A stretch of 64,000 nt of DNA from an uncultured archaeon (lineage in GTDB: Archaea; Asgardarchaeota; Heimdallarchaeia; Heimdallarchaeales; Heimdallarchaeaceae). The stretch covers positions 76,216 to 140,215 of the forward strand of contig CAZHRF010000001.1 of assembly GCA_964534625.1 (NCBI GenBank). The letters run 5' to 3'. The notes beneath the pieces were generated by a model that worked only from the letters and a program-made list of their open reading frames with translations, did no database searches and was not told the origin of the DNA. Positions within the stretch are counted from its first letter, which is position 1. Every line of letters begins with the position of its first letter. The translations under genes were made by a program, and so were the position numbers. Shown here piece by piece: positions 39,151 through 49,180 of this stretch.

Positions 39151-40413
39151 ATGGTAGTATGGTCAAAAATTAGAAAAGATTTCCCAGTTTTAAATGAGCT
39201 ATATGAAGGTAAACAATTAGTATATTTTGATACAGCTTGTATGGCATTGAAACCAATTCAAGTATGGAAGGAAATTGAATATTATTATAAGTATTTAGGT
39301 GCATGTGGTGGAGCTGGGAGATCTACTCATTGTTTGGGTTCTGAAACTAGTTTGCTAACAGAAGAAGCACGAAATAAAGTGTCTAATTTCTTGAATGCAA
39401 AAGGATCACAAGAAGTTATATGGACACGAAATGCAACAGAAGGTTTGAATCTTCTTGCAAATACAATAAAAATGGAAAAAGGTAATAATATTGTTACAAC
39501 AACTCTGGAACATCATAGCGGGATGTTACCCTTTTATGAGCGGTGTCAAAGAGATGGTTACGAGTTTAGGTTAGTAAAAGCACAAGAAGATGGTACTTTT
39601 GATATCACTGCTTTTGAAGAAAAAATAGATGGTAATACAAGGTTGGTTTCGTTGGTTCATACTTCTAATTTAACAGGTACAATTGCTCCTTTAGAACAGA
39701 TTGTAGAGATTGCCCACGAAAATGGAGCATTAATTGTTACTGATGAAGCGCAATATGTTCCTCATCATAAACTGGATGTTCAGAAGTTGGATATAGATTT
39801 TTGTGTGATCAGTTGGCATAAAGCATTGGGACCAACTGGAATGGGAACATTATATGGAAAATATGATTTATTGGAGGATTTAGATATGTTTCTTGTTGGA
39901 GGCGATGTAATAGAAGATGTTGTTTATATGAACAATCAAATTAAACCGAAGTATCTTCCACCACCACATAAATTCGAAGCTGGATTACAAAATTATGCGG
40001 GAATGTTGGGGGTTGGAGCTGCAATTGATTATCTACAGAAAATAGGTATGAAAAATATTGAACAACGAGAAAAAGTTCTTATTAAAAAACTCTTGCAAGG
40101 TATAATTGACATAGATAAGTTTGAGATAATAGGTACAAAAAATCCCAAAAAACGTGGATCACTTGTCTCTTTTAGGCCCATTTCCGATACCGTAAACCAT
40201 AACGATATAGCAATGTATATGAATGAAATGTTACCTCATCATAGAATCTTGATGCGTGCAGGTGCTCATTGCGTCCACCCATTTCAATATCAACTTGGAA
40301 TGAATCCAGGTAAGAGTGAAGGAACAGTTAGAGCCTCATTATATATCTATAATACATTACATGAAATTGACATTTTCTTAGAATCTCTTGAAGAGTTCGC
40401 AAGAGTAATATAG
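39151..40413 (+). CDS. sufS: SufS-type cysteine desulfurase
   Basis: IRKDFP, TTLEHHS, SWHKALGPTG, KFEAG and RAGAHC. Confidence 0.93.
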   Translation: MVVWSKIRKDFPVLNELYEGKQLVYFDTACMALKPIQVWKEIEYYYKYLGACGGAGRSTHCLGSETSLLTEEARNKVSNFLNAKGSQEVIWTRNATEGLNLLANTIKMEKGNNIVTTTLEHHSGMLPFYERCQRDGYEFRLVKAQEDGTFDITAFEEKIDGNTRLVSLVHTSNLTGTIAPLEQIVEIAHENGALIVTDEAQYVPHHKLDVQKLDIDFCVISWHKALGPTGMGTLYGKYDLLEDLDMFLVGGDVIEDVVYMNNQIKPKYLPPPHKFEAGLQNYAGMLGVGAAIDYLQKIGMKNIEQREKVLIKKLLQGIIDIDKFEIIGTKNPKKRGSLVSFRPISDTVNHNDIAMYMNEMLPHHRILMRAGAHCVHPFQYQLGMNPGKSEGTVRASLYIYNTLHEIDIFLESLEEFARVI

Positions 40414-40436
40414 TAAAAAGATATTAACCGCATAAG

Positions 40437-41387
40437 GTGAAGGAATTGGATAATGCATTAGTAACAGGTGGTTGTGGTTTTATTGGATCACATATCGTAG
40501 ATGAGCTAATAAAAAGACATTATTTTGTAACAGTAATAGATGATTTAAGTGCGGGAACTAATCTAAACTATCTACAACCCTATATTGCTAGTAATAAAGC
40601 AGATTTCTTCAAATATGATATTAGAAATTATGAGGAGATAATAAAAATAGATAGGGACTATAAATGTATGTTCCACTATGCTGCTCAACCCGATGTAAAA
40701 ATAAGTGTAAATAATCCAAGATACGATTTTGAAGTAAATATAGATGGAACTTTCAATATATTAGAACTTGCAAGATTAAAAGACATTCAACAAATAGTTT
40801 TTGCTAGTTCAGCAGGAACAATATATGGCGAACCCGATGTTTTTCCGACACCTGAAAATTATCCACTTAGACCTATTAGTAACTATGGGGCAGCCAAAGC
40901 AGCAATGGAAATGTATTGTTCAAGCTATTCTTCATTGTACGGATTAAGTATCGTTAGTACACGATTGGGTAACGTATTTGGACCTAGATCTACTCATGGA
41001 GTTATGTATGATTTTTATCATAAATTAATGGTTAATCCGAATAAATTGACCATACTAGGTGATGGAAACCAAACAAAATCTTACCTATATATTGATGAAG
41101 TAATAGACGCTACAATGATTTTATTTAAAAAAATGAAAAAAGACTATGAGGTTTATAATGTGAATTCAGAGGAACCAATTACAGTAACTGAAATTGCTTC
41201 CGAAATGTGTTCGGTTTTGGGATTAAATGAGGTGAGGTTTGAGTATACTGGGGGTAAACGAGGTTGGAAAGGTGATGTTGTCTACATGTCAAGTGATACA
41301 TCTAAACTAAAAGAAGAAGGCTGGAAACCAACAATAAATACTAAAGAGGGCATTCAACGATATATTGAATGGTTAAAGGGAAAGTAA
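40437..41387 (+). CDS. NDP-sugar epimerase (GalE-like SDR)
   Basis: TGGCGFIGSH and YGAAK. Confidence 0.93.
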   Translation: MKELDNALVTGGCGFIGSHIVDELIKRHYFVTVIDDLSAGTNLNYLQPYIASNKADFFKYDIRNYEEIIKIDRDYKCMFHYAAQPDVKISVNNPRYDFEVNIDGTFNILELARLKDIQQIVFASSAGTIYGEPDVFPTPENYPLRPISNYGAAKAAMEMYCSSYSSLYGLSIVSTRLGNVFGPRSTHGVMYDFYHKLMVNPNKLTILGDGNQTKSYLYIDEVIDATMILFKKMKKDYEVYNVNSEEPITVTEIASEMCSVLGLNEVRFEYTGGKRGWKGDVVYMSSDTSKLKEEGWKPTINTKEGIQRYIEWLKGK

Positions 41388-41529
41388 AGGAAAAGTAAAG
41401 AAAGGAAAATCCTATTAATAGCTTCATTTTTTTATTCTTAAACTATATTTGTCAGATGAGAATATTTTTGATTGACATGAATTAAAGAAAAACAGACAAA
41501 AAATTGTAAAAAAAATGGGGTGAAAAGAA

Positions 41530-41793
41530 ATGACAAGAGAAGATTTGAAAAAAATAGAAACAGCTATTAAACTATTGGAAAGGTTAAGTGAAGATGCATC
41601 TGTACCAAGGAATATACGCCGAGTAGCGTCAGAATCACTAGAAATCATTTATGATGAAGATCCTGAAATGAGTATAGCAGTAAAAGCAAGCAATGTAATA
41701 GAAAATTTGGAAGAATTAACATATGAACATAATTGTCCAAGTCATGCAAGGCAAATTTTATTTGATATTATTGTAGAACTTGAAATATCATAG
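41530..41793 (+). CDS. UPF0147 family protein
   Basis: DASVPRNIRRVA and NCPSHAR. Confidence 0.9.
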   Translation: MTREDLKKIETAIKLLERLSEDASVPRNIRRVASESLEIIYDEDPEMSIAVKASNVIENLEELTYEHNCPSHARQILFDIIVELEIS

Positions 41794-41950
41794 AAGGAGC
41801 TATATTCTTTTATTATATTTATTTTAAATTAAACTAAAAATATCCCACTATCGACTGTTGTTCACGGTCTCTGGTGAGATTGGTAAGGGCTATAGAAATG
41901 TATCCTTCTCTCAAATTTACATACTTGAATTAATTTACTAGGCATATATT

Positions 41951-41974
41951 GACATGAAGCTCTAATTTCATGTC
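41951..41974. terminator. 8-bp inverted repeat downstream of glmU (putative terminator hairpin)
   Basis: GACATGAA-N8-TTCATGTC between convergent genes. Confidence 0.4.
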
Positions 41975-41993
41975 TTATATTTTTTTATTCTAA

Positions 41994-43214
41994 TTAATCA
42001 ATATCTTTCTTCACCTTTGTACCTGGTAATAAAAGACTACCCGCTTTTATTTTTCTTCCAGGAAATATTAAGGTGTTTACTCCTAACTCACATGCATCAC
42101 CAATAATTGCCCCGAGTTTTGTATATCCAGAAGAAACTTCTTTATTATTAATAAAAACCGAAACCTTGCCTTTTGGTGTTTTTGTATTTACTGTCATAAC
42201 TCCAGTAGACATAATAGTACCTTTGCCAACAATACTATCGCCCACATAACACATACGATATATTTTTGTTCCTTCAAATACAACAGAATCTTTTAACTCA
42301 CTTCCAAAACCAATAAGTGAATTAGCACCAATTGCTGTATTATTTCTTATCAATGCATTATTGCCAATGTAAGAATTAGGTCCTATATATACTGGCCCAT
42401 TAAGAACTGTTCCTGAAGATATTTTGGTATTTTCACCAATGATGACTGTGTTTTTAAGAACAACATTAGCTTCTATTTCTACATTGTTGGCAATTCTTGA
42501 TTCTGTCAATTTAGACAGTAGCATCCGATTTGCTTCAAGTATATTCCATGGTTTCCCAATATCTATCCATTCTTTTTCCCAAATAGCAGCAATTATTTTG
42601 TCTCCTTGGGCAATACGCGAATTGAGCGCTTTAACTAGACTATGTTGCTTCTTAATTTCACTAAATATTGAAGTATTTAAGATAAAACAACCAGCATCAA
42701 CATAATGTGAGTGCGAATCATCTTTTTCATCAATTGTACATCCAACTTCTTTGATGTGTCCTGTATAGTCGATGTTGACAACGCCAAAGTCTCCGGTATC
42801 TCCTTGTAAAGTAAGTGACATGGCCATTTCTGCTTGTGTATTCTCAAGTGCATTCAGAACCCGCTTAATTAATCCCTTCTCTGATATAATATCACCAAAT
42901 AAAAGGAGAAACTTAGATTCATTCTGTACATATACTTCTGCCGCCAATAAAGCGTGTTCAATTCCCTCCTTGTTACCTTGATCTGCATATTGGATGTTAA
43001 TATTAAACTCTTTACCACTCTTAAAATAAGAACGGATTTGTTCTCCTTTGTAGCCTGTTATTATTAAAATCTCGTTAATACCCGTTTCCTTAAGTTCTTC
43101 AATGATGTATTGTAAAATAGGTTTTCCTAGGAGCTTAATCATAGGCTTCGGTCTTGTATCCGTTATAGGTTGAAGTTCATTTCCTCTACCACCTGCAAGA
43201 ATTACTGCCTTCAT
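41994..43214 (-). CDS. glmU: bifunctional sugar-1-P nucleotidyltransferase/acetyltransferase (GlmU-like)
   Basis: MKAVILAGGRG..LQPITDTRPKP, hexapeptide repeats and KLGAIIGD; next to glmS. Confidence 0.9.
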   Translation of the reverse strand: MKAVILAGGRGNELQPITDTRPKPMIKLLGKPILQYIIEELKETGINEILIITGYKGEQIRSYFKSGKEFNINIQYADQGNKEGIEHALLAAEVYVQNESKFLLLFGDIISEKGLIKRVLNALENTQAEMAMSLTLQGDTGDFGVVNIDYTGHIKEVGCTIDEKDDSHSHYVDAGCFILNTSIFSEIKKQHSLVKALNSRIAQGDKIIAAIWEKEWIDIGKPWNILEANRMLLSKLTESRIANNVEIEANVVLKNTVIIGENTKISSGTVLNGPVYIGPNSYIGNNALIRNNTAIGANSLIGFGSELKDSVVFEGTKIYRMCYVGDSIVGKGTIMSTGVMTVNTKTPKGKVSVFINNKEVSSGYTKLGAIIGDACELGVNTLIFPGRKIKAGSLLLPGTKVKKDID

Positions 43215-43349
43215 TTTATTTCTAACCCTTTTATTTTTCTTGTTGTTAATATATGTATGCATGCTTAATGTGTTTCACTTGATTTTACTCAAAAAAGGTA
43301 TAAAAATGTTCTCTTTTCTTCTTATAGATACCCTTATTCATGAATTTTT

Positions 43350-45176
43350 TTATATAACAGTAACACTTTTAGCTAGATTACGTGGTTTATCTGGATCATA
43401 TCCCCTTTTTACTGCTGTGTAATATGATAATAGCTGTAGTGGAACCACATATCCTATTGTACTAAATGTTTTTGAATATCCTTTTGGTATCTCGAGTGTC
43501 CAATCTGCTAGTTCTTTCATTTTCTTATCTCCTTTTTCTATTGTTGCTATGATCTTCCCCCCTCTTGCTTTCATCTCCATTATATTACCAATTATTTTAT
43601 TATTTGAGGCATCATTAGGTGCTACAAAAACTACAGGATAATCATCCTCGATTAAGGCAATAGGCCCGTGTTTTGATTCACCTGCGGGATAAGCCTCACA
43701 ATGGATGTATGATATCTCTTTCATTTTGAGGGCCCCCTCCATTGCTGTTTGGACATTTATGCCCCTACCTAAATAGAAACTGCTATTCTTCTTTGCAAAC
43801 CATGTAGCTATTTGTTTTGTTTTTACTTCATTATCTCTTATTATTTCACTTACGAAATTAGGTATTTCGTTGAATTTTTTTCTAAGTTTTTTATACTCAG
43901 AATCTAACAAATTACCTGTTATCTTTCCTAATTCAATACCAATGTCCCACATGGCTAATGTTTGATTAATATATGTTTTGGTGGCAGCCACCCCTATTTC
44001 GGGACCTGCATGAATATAAACAACATCTTCCGAATAGCGAGTTATAGTACTTCCAACAACATTAATAGTGGACATTATAGTTGCATTCTTTTTTTGTGCA
44101 GCTTTTAACGCTTGTATTGTGTCCATGGTCTCTCCACTTTGGGAAACAGCGATTAATGCGGTATTATCATCAATTAGTGGTTCGATTATTTCATATTCTG
44201 AAGCTACAATAGATTGAGCAAGTTTTTTCCCGTGTTTACGTATTAGATATTCTCCTGTAAGAGTTGAATGATAAGCTGTACCAGCCGCTAAGAAAAATAT
44301 TTTATCAACTTCATTGATTTTTGATGCTATTTTATTTACAGTAGGTTGTTTGATACGGATATAATTGGAAAGTACGTTGGGTTGTTCGTGAATCTCTTTA
44401 AGCATAAAATGGGGAAAACCTCCTTTTTGTGCCATTTCTGGCTTCCAAGATACCGTATATGGTTTTCTTTTTATAACTTGATTATTATGTAAATTGATTA
44501 TTTGGTAGCTATCTGTAGAAATTTTTGTGAATTCATTATCCCTGAGTAGAATAACATGCTGAGTATGAGTAAGAAAAGCCGGTATGTCAGATGCAATGAA
44601 CATACGTTCATCATTTACACCTATCACCAATGGACTATCTTTTTTTGCGCAATAAATGTGGTTTGGTTCATGAGTTGAAATAATTGCAACAGCAAACGCC
44701 CCCTCAATCCTGTTTAAAGCCGCCAAAACTGCTTTTTCAAAAGAGAGCCCTTTTTTTTCCATCGTATATTCTATTAAATGTGGTATAACTTCCGTATCTG
44801 TGTCTGATTTGAAAGAATGACCATTTTCAATCAATTCTTGTTTCAATTCTTGGAAATTTTCAACTATACCATTATGTACAACTGCTATTTTATTATTGGA
44901 ATCAGTATGAGGATGTGAGTTTTTCTGATTGGGTTTTCCATGAGTTGCCCAACGTGTATGACCTATTGCTATAGTTCCGTAAATATTTCTAATTTGCGTT
45001 TGTTCAACGACTTCCTTAATTTTTCCTTGATCTTTAACAATTGACAACTCCCCATTCTTGATGGCTGCAATACCCACACTATCATAACCCCTATATTCAA
45101 GTTTAGTAAGTGAATCAATTATTTGTTCCCCAATACGTGTTTCTGTTTTCTGGATTATACCAACGATTCCACACAT
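43350..45176 (-). CDS. glmS: glutamine-fructose-6-phosphate aminotransferase
   Basis: MCGIVG, LEYRGYDS, GHTRWATHG and DKPRNLAKSVTV. Confidence 0.99.
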   Translation of the reverse strand: MCGIVGIIQKTETRIGEQIIDSLTKLEYRGYDSVGIAAIKNGELSIVKDQGKIKEVVEQTQIRNIYGTIAIGHTRWATHGKPNQKNSHPHTDSNNKIAVVHNGIVENFQELKQELIENGHSFKSDTDTEVIPHLIEYTMEKKGLSFEKAVLAALNRIEGAFAVAIISTHEPNHIYCAKKDSPLVIGVNDERMFIASDIPAFLTHTQHVILLRDNEFTKISTDSYQIINLHNNQVIKRKPYTVSWKPEMAQKGGFPHFMLKEIHEQPNVLSNYIRIKQPTVNKIASKINEVDKIFFLAAGTAYHSTLTGEYLIRKHGKKLAQSIVASEYEIIEPLIDDNTALIAVSQSGETMDTIQALKAAQKKNATIMSTINVVGSTITRYSEDVVYIHAGPEIGVAATKTYINQTLAMWDIGIELGKITGNLLDSEYKKLRKKFNEIPNFVSEIIRDNEVKTKQIATWFAKKNSSFYLGRGINVQTAMEGALKMKEISYIHCEAYPAGESKHGPIALIEDDYPVVFVAPNDASNNKIIGNIMEMKARGGKIIATIEKGDKKMKELADWTLEIPKGYSKTFSTIGYVVPLQLLSYYTAVKRGYDPDKPRNLAKSVTVI

Positions 45177-45274
45177 CTTATATCACTAAATATTGCACAT
45201 TTAACATTTTATCTGATTTTGAGTTAAATCCAGTAAATGATTATTCTCTCTTTATTTAAACTTTCTGTTAAATC

Positions 45275-46399
45275 TTATTGCAATAGGTCGTTTTGGATAT
45301 CTTTTACTGTATGTTCTTTTTTAAGGATATCTTTAAGATTATCAATACTTGATGTGGTTGTGGGATCAACTTCATAAAGAATTGCAAGATAAATACTAAT
45401 AAAATCAATGAGATAGGTGAGACTTAATTGTCTAGCCAATCTTGATTTACCCTTAGGCTTTATTTCAATAGTGAATCGAGCGTATTTTTTTACTGTTTTT
45501 ATTGTTTCTTTTATACGGATTTGAATCGATTTTGAAATTACCGTGTCAACTAAAAATATAACCCCCATATCTTGACGGGCAGTTATAGGGTCATCCCATG
45601 CCACGATACCATTATGATTTTGCTCTGGAATACTTTCAGCAATAGCGACAAGTTTAGTATTTTCGTTGAATTGACATTTAGCTCTATAAGCAATGGCTGT
45701 GGAAAGATTGTGACCTATTATATGAGGAATTGTATTAAATAACTTATTAGCTATTTGTTTTGCTTCATTAGAATCAGTAGTGGAATCGGGTTCATACACC
45801 TTAGAAAGATTATAGAGTACATTTTGACTTTCTTTCAACTCTGAAGATAAATCTGGCAATAATGAAAATCGTTCTAAAATCGTAATTAGTGTAGTATAGA
45901 TAAGTGGTAATGCAGTACGAGGAGGTTGACCTTGGCGCAACTGAAAGAATGGTATTCCTAATGCTGAAGAAAATTTAGACAATTTTCCATTGGATGAAAC
46001 TGCTATAGTTTGTGCACCTCTTGTAAGAGCATCTTGAAAACAAGCAAGAGTTTCTTCTGTATTTCCTGAATAACTCACACAGATAACTAAAGTTGTGTCA
46101 TCAACAAAATTTGGTAAAAAATAGTCCCGATTTACAATAACCGGAATAGATAATGTATCATTGAAACACGAAATGAGATAATCGCCTACAATAGCTGAAC
46201 CACCCATACCCGCTATAACTATGGACGTAGGATCACGATATCTGATTTTGTTCATTTTGCATTTAATATGTGATGGAATATCAACTGAAATGGCTAGTTT
46301 TCGTGCTTCTTTGATGAGTTTTGACCAATTACCCATAACTCCAAGTTGATCTGATTTATCAACTCGGGAAATTAGTTCTATATCATCAAGATTAAGCAT
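45275..46399 (-). CDS. bifunctional phosphoglucose/phosphomannose isomerase
   Basis: GMGGSAI, SYSGNTEET, NEN and PEQNHN. Confidence 0.95.
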   Translation of the reverse strand: MLNLDDIELISRVDKSDQLGVMGNWSKLIKEARKLAISVDIPSHIKCKMNKIRYRDPTSIVIAGMGGSAIVGDYLISCFNDTLSIPVIVNRDYFLPNFVDDTTLVICVSYSGNTEETLACFQDALTRGAQTIAVSSNGKLSKFSSALGIPFFQLRQGQPPRTALPLIYTTLITILERFSLLPDLSSELKESQNVLYNLSKVYEPDSTTDSNEAKQIANKLFNTIPHIIGHNLSTAIAYRAKCQFNENTKLVAIAESIPEQNHNGIVAWDDPITARQDMGVIFLVDTVISKSIQIRIKETIKTVKKYARFTIEIKPKGKSRLARQLSLTYLIDFISIYLAILYEVDPTTTSSIDNLKDILKKEHTVKDIQNDLLQ

Positions 46400-46469
46400 A
46401 AAGAAAGCAATAAATAATGTTATTTATATATTACTGATAACTCATCTAGGTAGCCTTTTTCAAATTAGA

Positions 46470-46488
46470 TTTATCATGAGGTGATAAA
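46470..46488. promoter_or_regulatory. perfect 7-bp inverted repeat, candidate operator
   Basis: TTTATCA-TGAGG-TGATAAA, 70 bp upstream of pgi/pmi and close to a TrmB gene. Confidence 0.4.
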
Positions 46489-46507
46489 ATTCGAATTAGA
46501 AAGAGAT

Positions 46508-46585
46508 TGGTGGGGAAGAGCAGACTTGAACTGCTGACTTCCTCGGTGTAAGCGAGGTATCATAACCGAGCTAGATCACTTCCCC
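46508..46585 (-). tRNA. tRNA-Val(TAC), CCA encoded
   Basis: GGGGAAG/CTTCCCC-A-CCA, CCTCG-CT TAC AC-CGAGG. Confidence 0.96.
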
Positions 46586-46689
46586 AAGTATTATATTCCT
46601 TTTTTATTCTTTTAATTTTAAATTTTTGGTTAACTGTTTTTCTTTGTTTTTCTTTCGCTTAATTTATATATATTAGTTTACTTTTCTTC

Positions 46690-47496
46690 ATGGTGTTTAT
46701 GTCAACAGCTCCCGACGTCAATATATTACTTAAGTCACTAGGTTTAACTGTCTATGAGATTAAAACCTTTAAAGCATTACTTGAAGCGTCTTCATTAACT
46801 GCTGATCAAATACATGTTGTAACAGATATTCCTACTCCTAGAATTTACGATACAATTGATAGTCTAGAAAAAAAAGGATTAGTGCGTGTTATACCTGGAA
46901 GACCAAAAAAGTTTGAATGTATTGACCCAAATATTGGATTGGATAATTTTTTGTCTCAACTAAAAGAGGAATATGAAAACGATCTAAAAAAGATTACAAA
47001 AACCACAAATACACTAAAAACAGCATTAGGAAGTTCTTATTATGAATCACATTATAAGATCCAACCTGATGAACTTTTACAAGCTTATTCTTCGTTAGAT
47101 GAAATGCAATTAAAAACATCTAACATAATTGAGACCGCAAAGGAGGAAGTGTGTGTTTTTACTAATGTTTTTTATTGGTTTGATGAAGTGAAGATTGCAA
47201 TAGAAAAAGCTCTTTCTAGATCTGTTTCTGTTCGCGTTATTATGAGTATGTTAGATTCAAAATCAAAGAAAATTGCCTCTCTCTTAACTCAAATGGGCGC
47301 TAATGTGCGTGAATTACCTGAAGATAGTTTTTCAATTCGAGGAACACTGGTTGATCAAGAACAAGTTGTATTTGTTATCTGGGTGACGCCAAAATCCGAT
47401 GAAAAATTTATTTACAGACCACATTTTTCATCAAATCCTGGTATAATTGAACTTTTTTATAATAATTTTGAGTATTTATGGACTAAAGGTAATTAA
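46690..47496 (+). CDS. TrmB-family transcriptional regulator
   Basis: LGLTVYEIK, IPTPRIYD..SLEKKGLV..GRPKKF; PLD-like effector domain. Confidence 0.93.
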   Translation: MVFMSTAPDVNILLKSLGLTVYEIKTFKALLEASSLTADQIHVVTDIPTPRIYDTIDSLEKKGLVRVIPGRPKKFECIDPNIGLDNFLSQLKEEYENDLKKITKTTNTLKTALGSSYYESHYKIQPDELLQAYSSLDEMQLKTSNIIETAKEEVCVFTNVFYWFDEVKIAIEKALSRSVSVRVIMSMLDSKSKKIASLLTQMGANVRELPEDSFSIRGTLVDQEQVVFVIWVTPKSDEKFIYRPHFSSNPGIIELFYNNFEYLWTKGN

Positions 47497-47497
47497 A

Positions 47498-48274
47498 TCA
47501 CTCTTTAGTCATAATTTCAGCTACTCTATAGGAGATTTGAGCGCCCAACTTTACTCCTTTAAGTAGACCTCCGATCTCAGGGATTAAGCCATCTGCTCTT
47601 GTGCCCTCTTTACATATTAGTCTGTATTCTAATAATCCAAGACGTTCAATAATCTCAATATCTAAATAGTGATTGGTTTGTTTTAATGCGTCCTTTATCA
47701 TAGTTTTTGTTGCCCCACAGACGATTAAACACTCTTTAGCTTGTATAAGTGGATTTTCTAACCAATCAATTGTTTCTGGTGCTAACCTAATTCTCAATTT
47801 TCCTCCCAGAACTTTCTTTTCAGTTATTTCAAAAAGCATAGGTAAATTATCAACAAATCCATAGGCATATATTATTTGTCTGGTAGAAACAGTTTGTCCT
47901 TGGGCCAATTGGTCTCTCATCTCATAAAGAGGGAACAAGGCATCAATTGGTTCTCGAGTGGTTCTAGCACCAACTTCGACAAAAATTCCAAAACCTACCT
48001 CTCCAGGTCGTTTTAATCTACCTATTATTTTTTGACCTATTTCTATGTCACTTATACTTTGAATGGTACCATGATACTGAATTAAATAGTTGGCTGCAAT
48101 AACCTCGTCGTCTCCTTCTAAATATACTTGAGCAAAATTGTTTTTTGTAAAAGACACTTCTTTAATATCTACATTTAATTCCTTAAGTTCTTCCCTGATG
48201 ATGTATTTCAGAGACTTGGCTATATTTTGAGTAGGGAGATTATATGCCTTCTCTAATAGAATTATATTTTTCAT
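47498..48274 (-). CDS. DUF2110-family OB-fold protein
   Basis: GDDEVIAANYL, VGFGIFV and IERLGLLE....K.GT.A.GLI..IG. Confidence 0.85.
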   Translation of the reverse strand: MKNIILLEKAYNLPTQNIAKSLKYIIREELKELNVDIKEVSFTKNNFAQVYLEGDDEVIAANYLIQYHGTIQSISDIEIGQKIIGRLKRPGEVGFGIFVEVGARTTREPIDALFPLYEMRDQLAQGQTVSTRQIIYAYGFVDNLPMLFEITEKKVLGGKLRIRLAPETIDWLENPLIQAKECLIVCGATKTMIKDALKQTNHYLDIEIIERLGLLEYRLICKEGTRADGLIPEIGGLLKGVKLGAQISYRVAEIMTKE

Positions 48275-48824
48275 TGTAATTTACACCATCCTTTTTTATG
48301 GTTCTTTTTCCTTTCCTTTGAGGAATAATTTCTATATTTGCATTCGAAAATTTCTTCTTTCTAGCTTTTCCCTCTGTAATATAATCAAGAAAAACAGCTA
48401 GAGCGGCCACTTCACTATGTGGTTGGTTTCCAATAGCTATATTATAATTAGATAATTGATAAATTTCTGCTGGAACCTTTGATCCACCCAATATGATTAA
48501 TATTTTTTTTTCATTTGAAAGTTTAGTTTTGATTTCTTCCAAACTCTCTCCCAATTCAATGCCAAACATAGTTAAATGGATGATTATTCCACTACTTTGT
48601 TTCCATTTCTTAATTATACCAGAGTGTTTTTTAGTATAAGTAACCCTAAATTTCCCTCCCCACTCTTTGTTTATTCGCATCAAATTAGATTCTATATTCT
48701 TGTCCCTCATTCCCGTATAGACCATATTACTTGCACCAAAAGCTCTAGCTGTCAGAGCAACATGTGTTGTCATTCTTTTATCTCTCGCAATTCTGTGACC
48801 CAATCGTAAAATCGTGGCTTCCAT
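48240..48824 (-). CDS. trm56: tRNA (cytidine56-2'-O)-methyltransferase
   Basis: LRLGHRIARDKRMTTHVALTARAFGA, HLTMFG and NQPHSEVAAL. Confidence 0.97.
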   Translation of the reverse strand: MEATILRLGHRIARDKRMTTHVALTARAFGASNMVYTGMRDKNIESNLMRINKEWGGKFRVTYTKKHSGIIKKWKQSSGIIIHLTMFGIELGESLEEIKTKLSNEKKILIILGGSKVPAEIYQLSNYNIAIGNQPHSEVAALAVFLDYITEGKARKKKFSNANIEIIPQRKGKRTIKKDGVNYNEKYNSIREGI

Positions 48825-49180
48825 CAGTTGTATTAAATTCTTAATTCACTTAAATATAATGATAAACGAGTAGTCGATAGAAGTTTCTTGAACCTCTCTA
48901 ATTTGTAAGCACCGTATATAGTTTTGTTTTTACGTTTTAATAGGGGTTTTCTAATATTCGTTCATAATTTTTAATCCTTTAATTCTCTTGGTATAATCGC
49001 ATAGTTTGTGCTTTCAATCTAATTATGTGAATAGTGTTATTATATTTATTGTTAGTTATTGTTCTATTTTCTTTTACTTCCCTAATGAGACTCCTTGTAT
49101 CTCCGTCTTTGTCGCTCAAAGTTACAAATATAAAGTCTTTTATAGTCCCCGATAGTAACTAATATTGAGAAAACTCAAAG

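Noticed and set aside
48825-49180. 355-bp gap possibly hiding a small gene or RNA (likewise 13129-13461)
   Set aside because: Only very short ORFs were found in the part checked and no convincing structure; consistent with divergent promoters.
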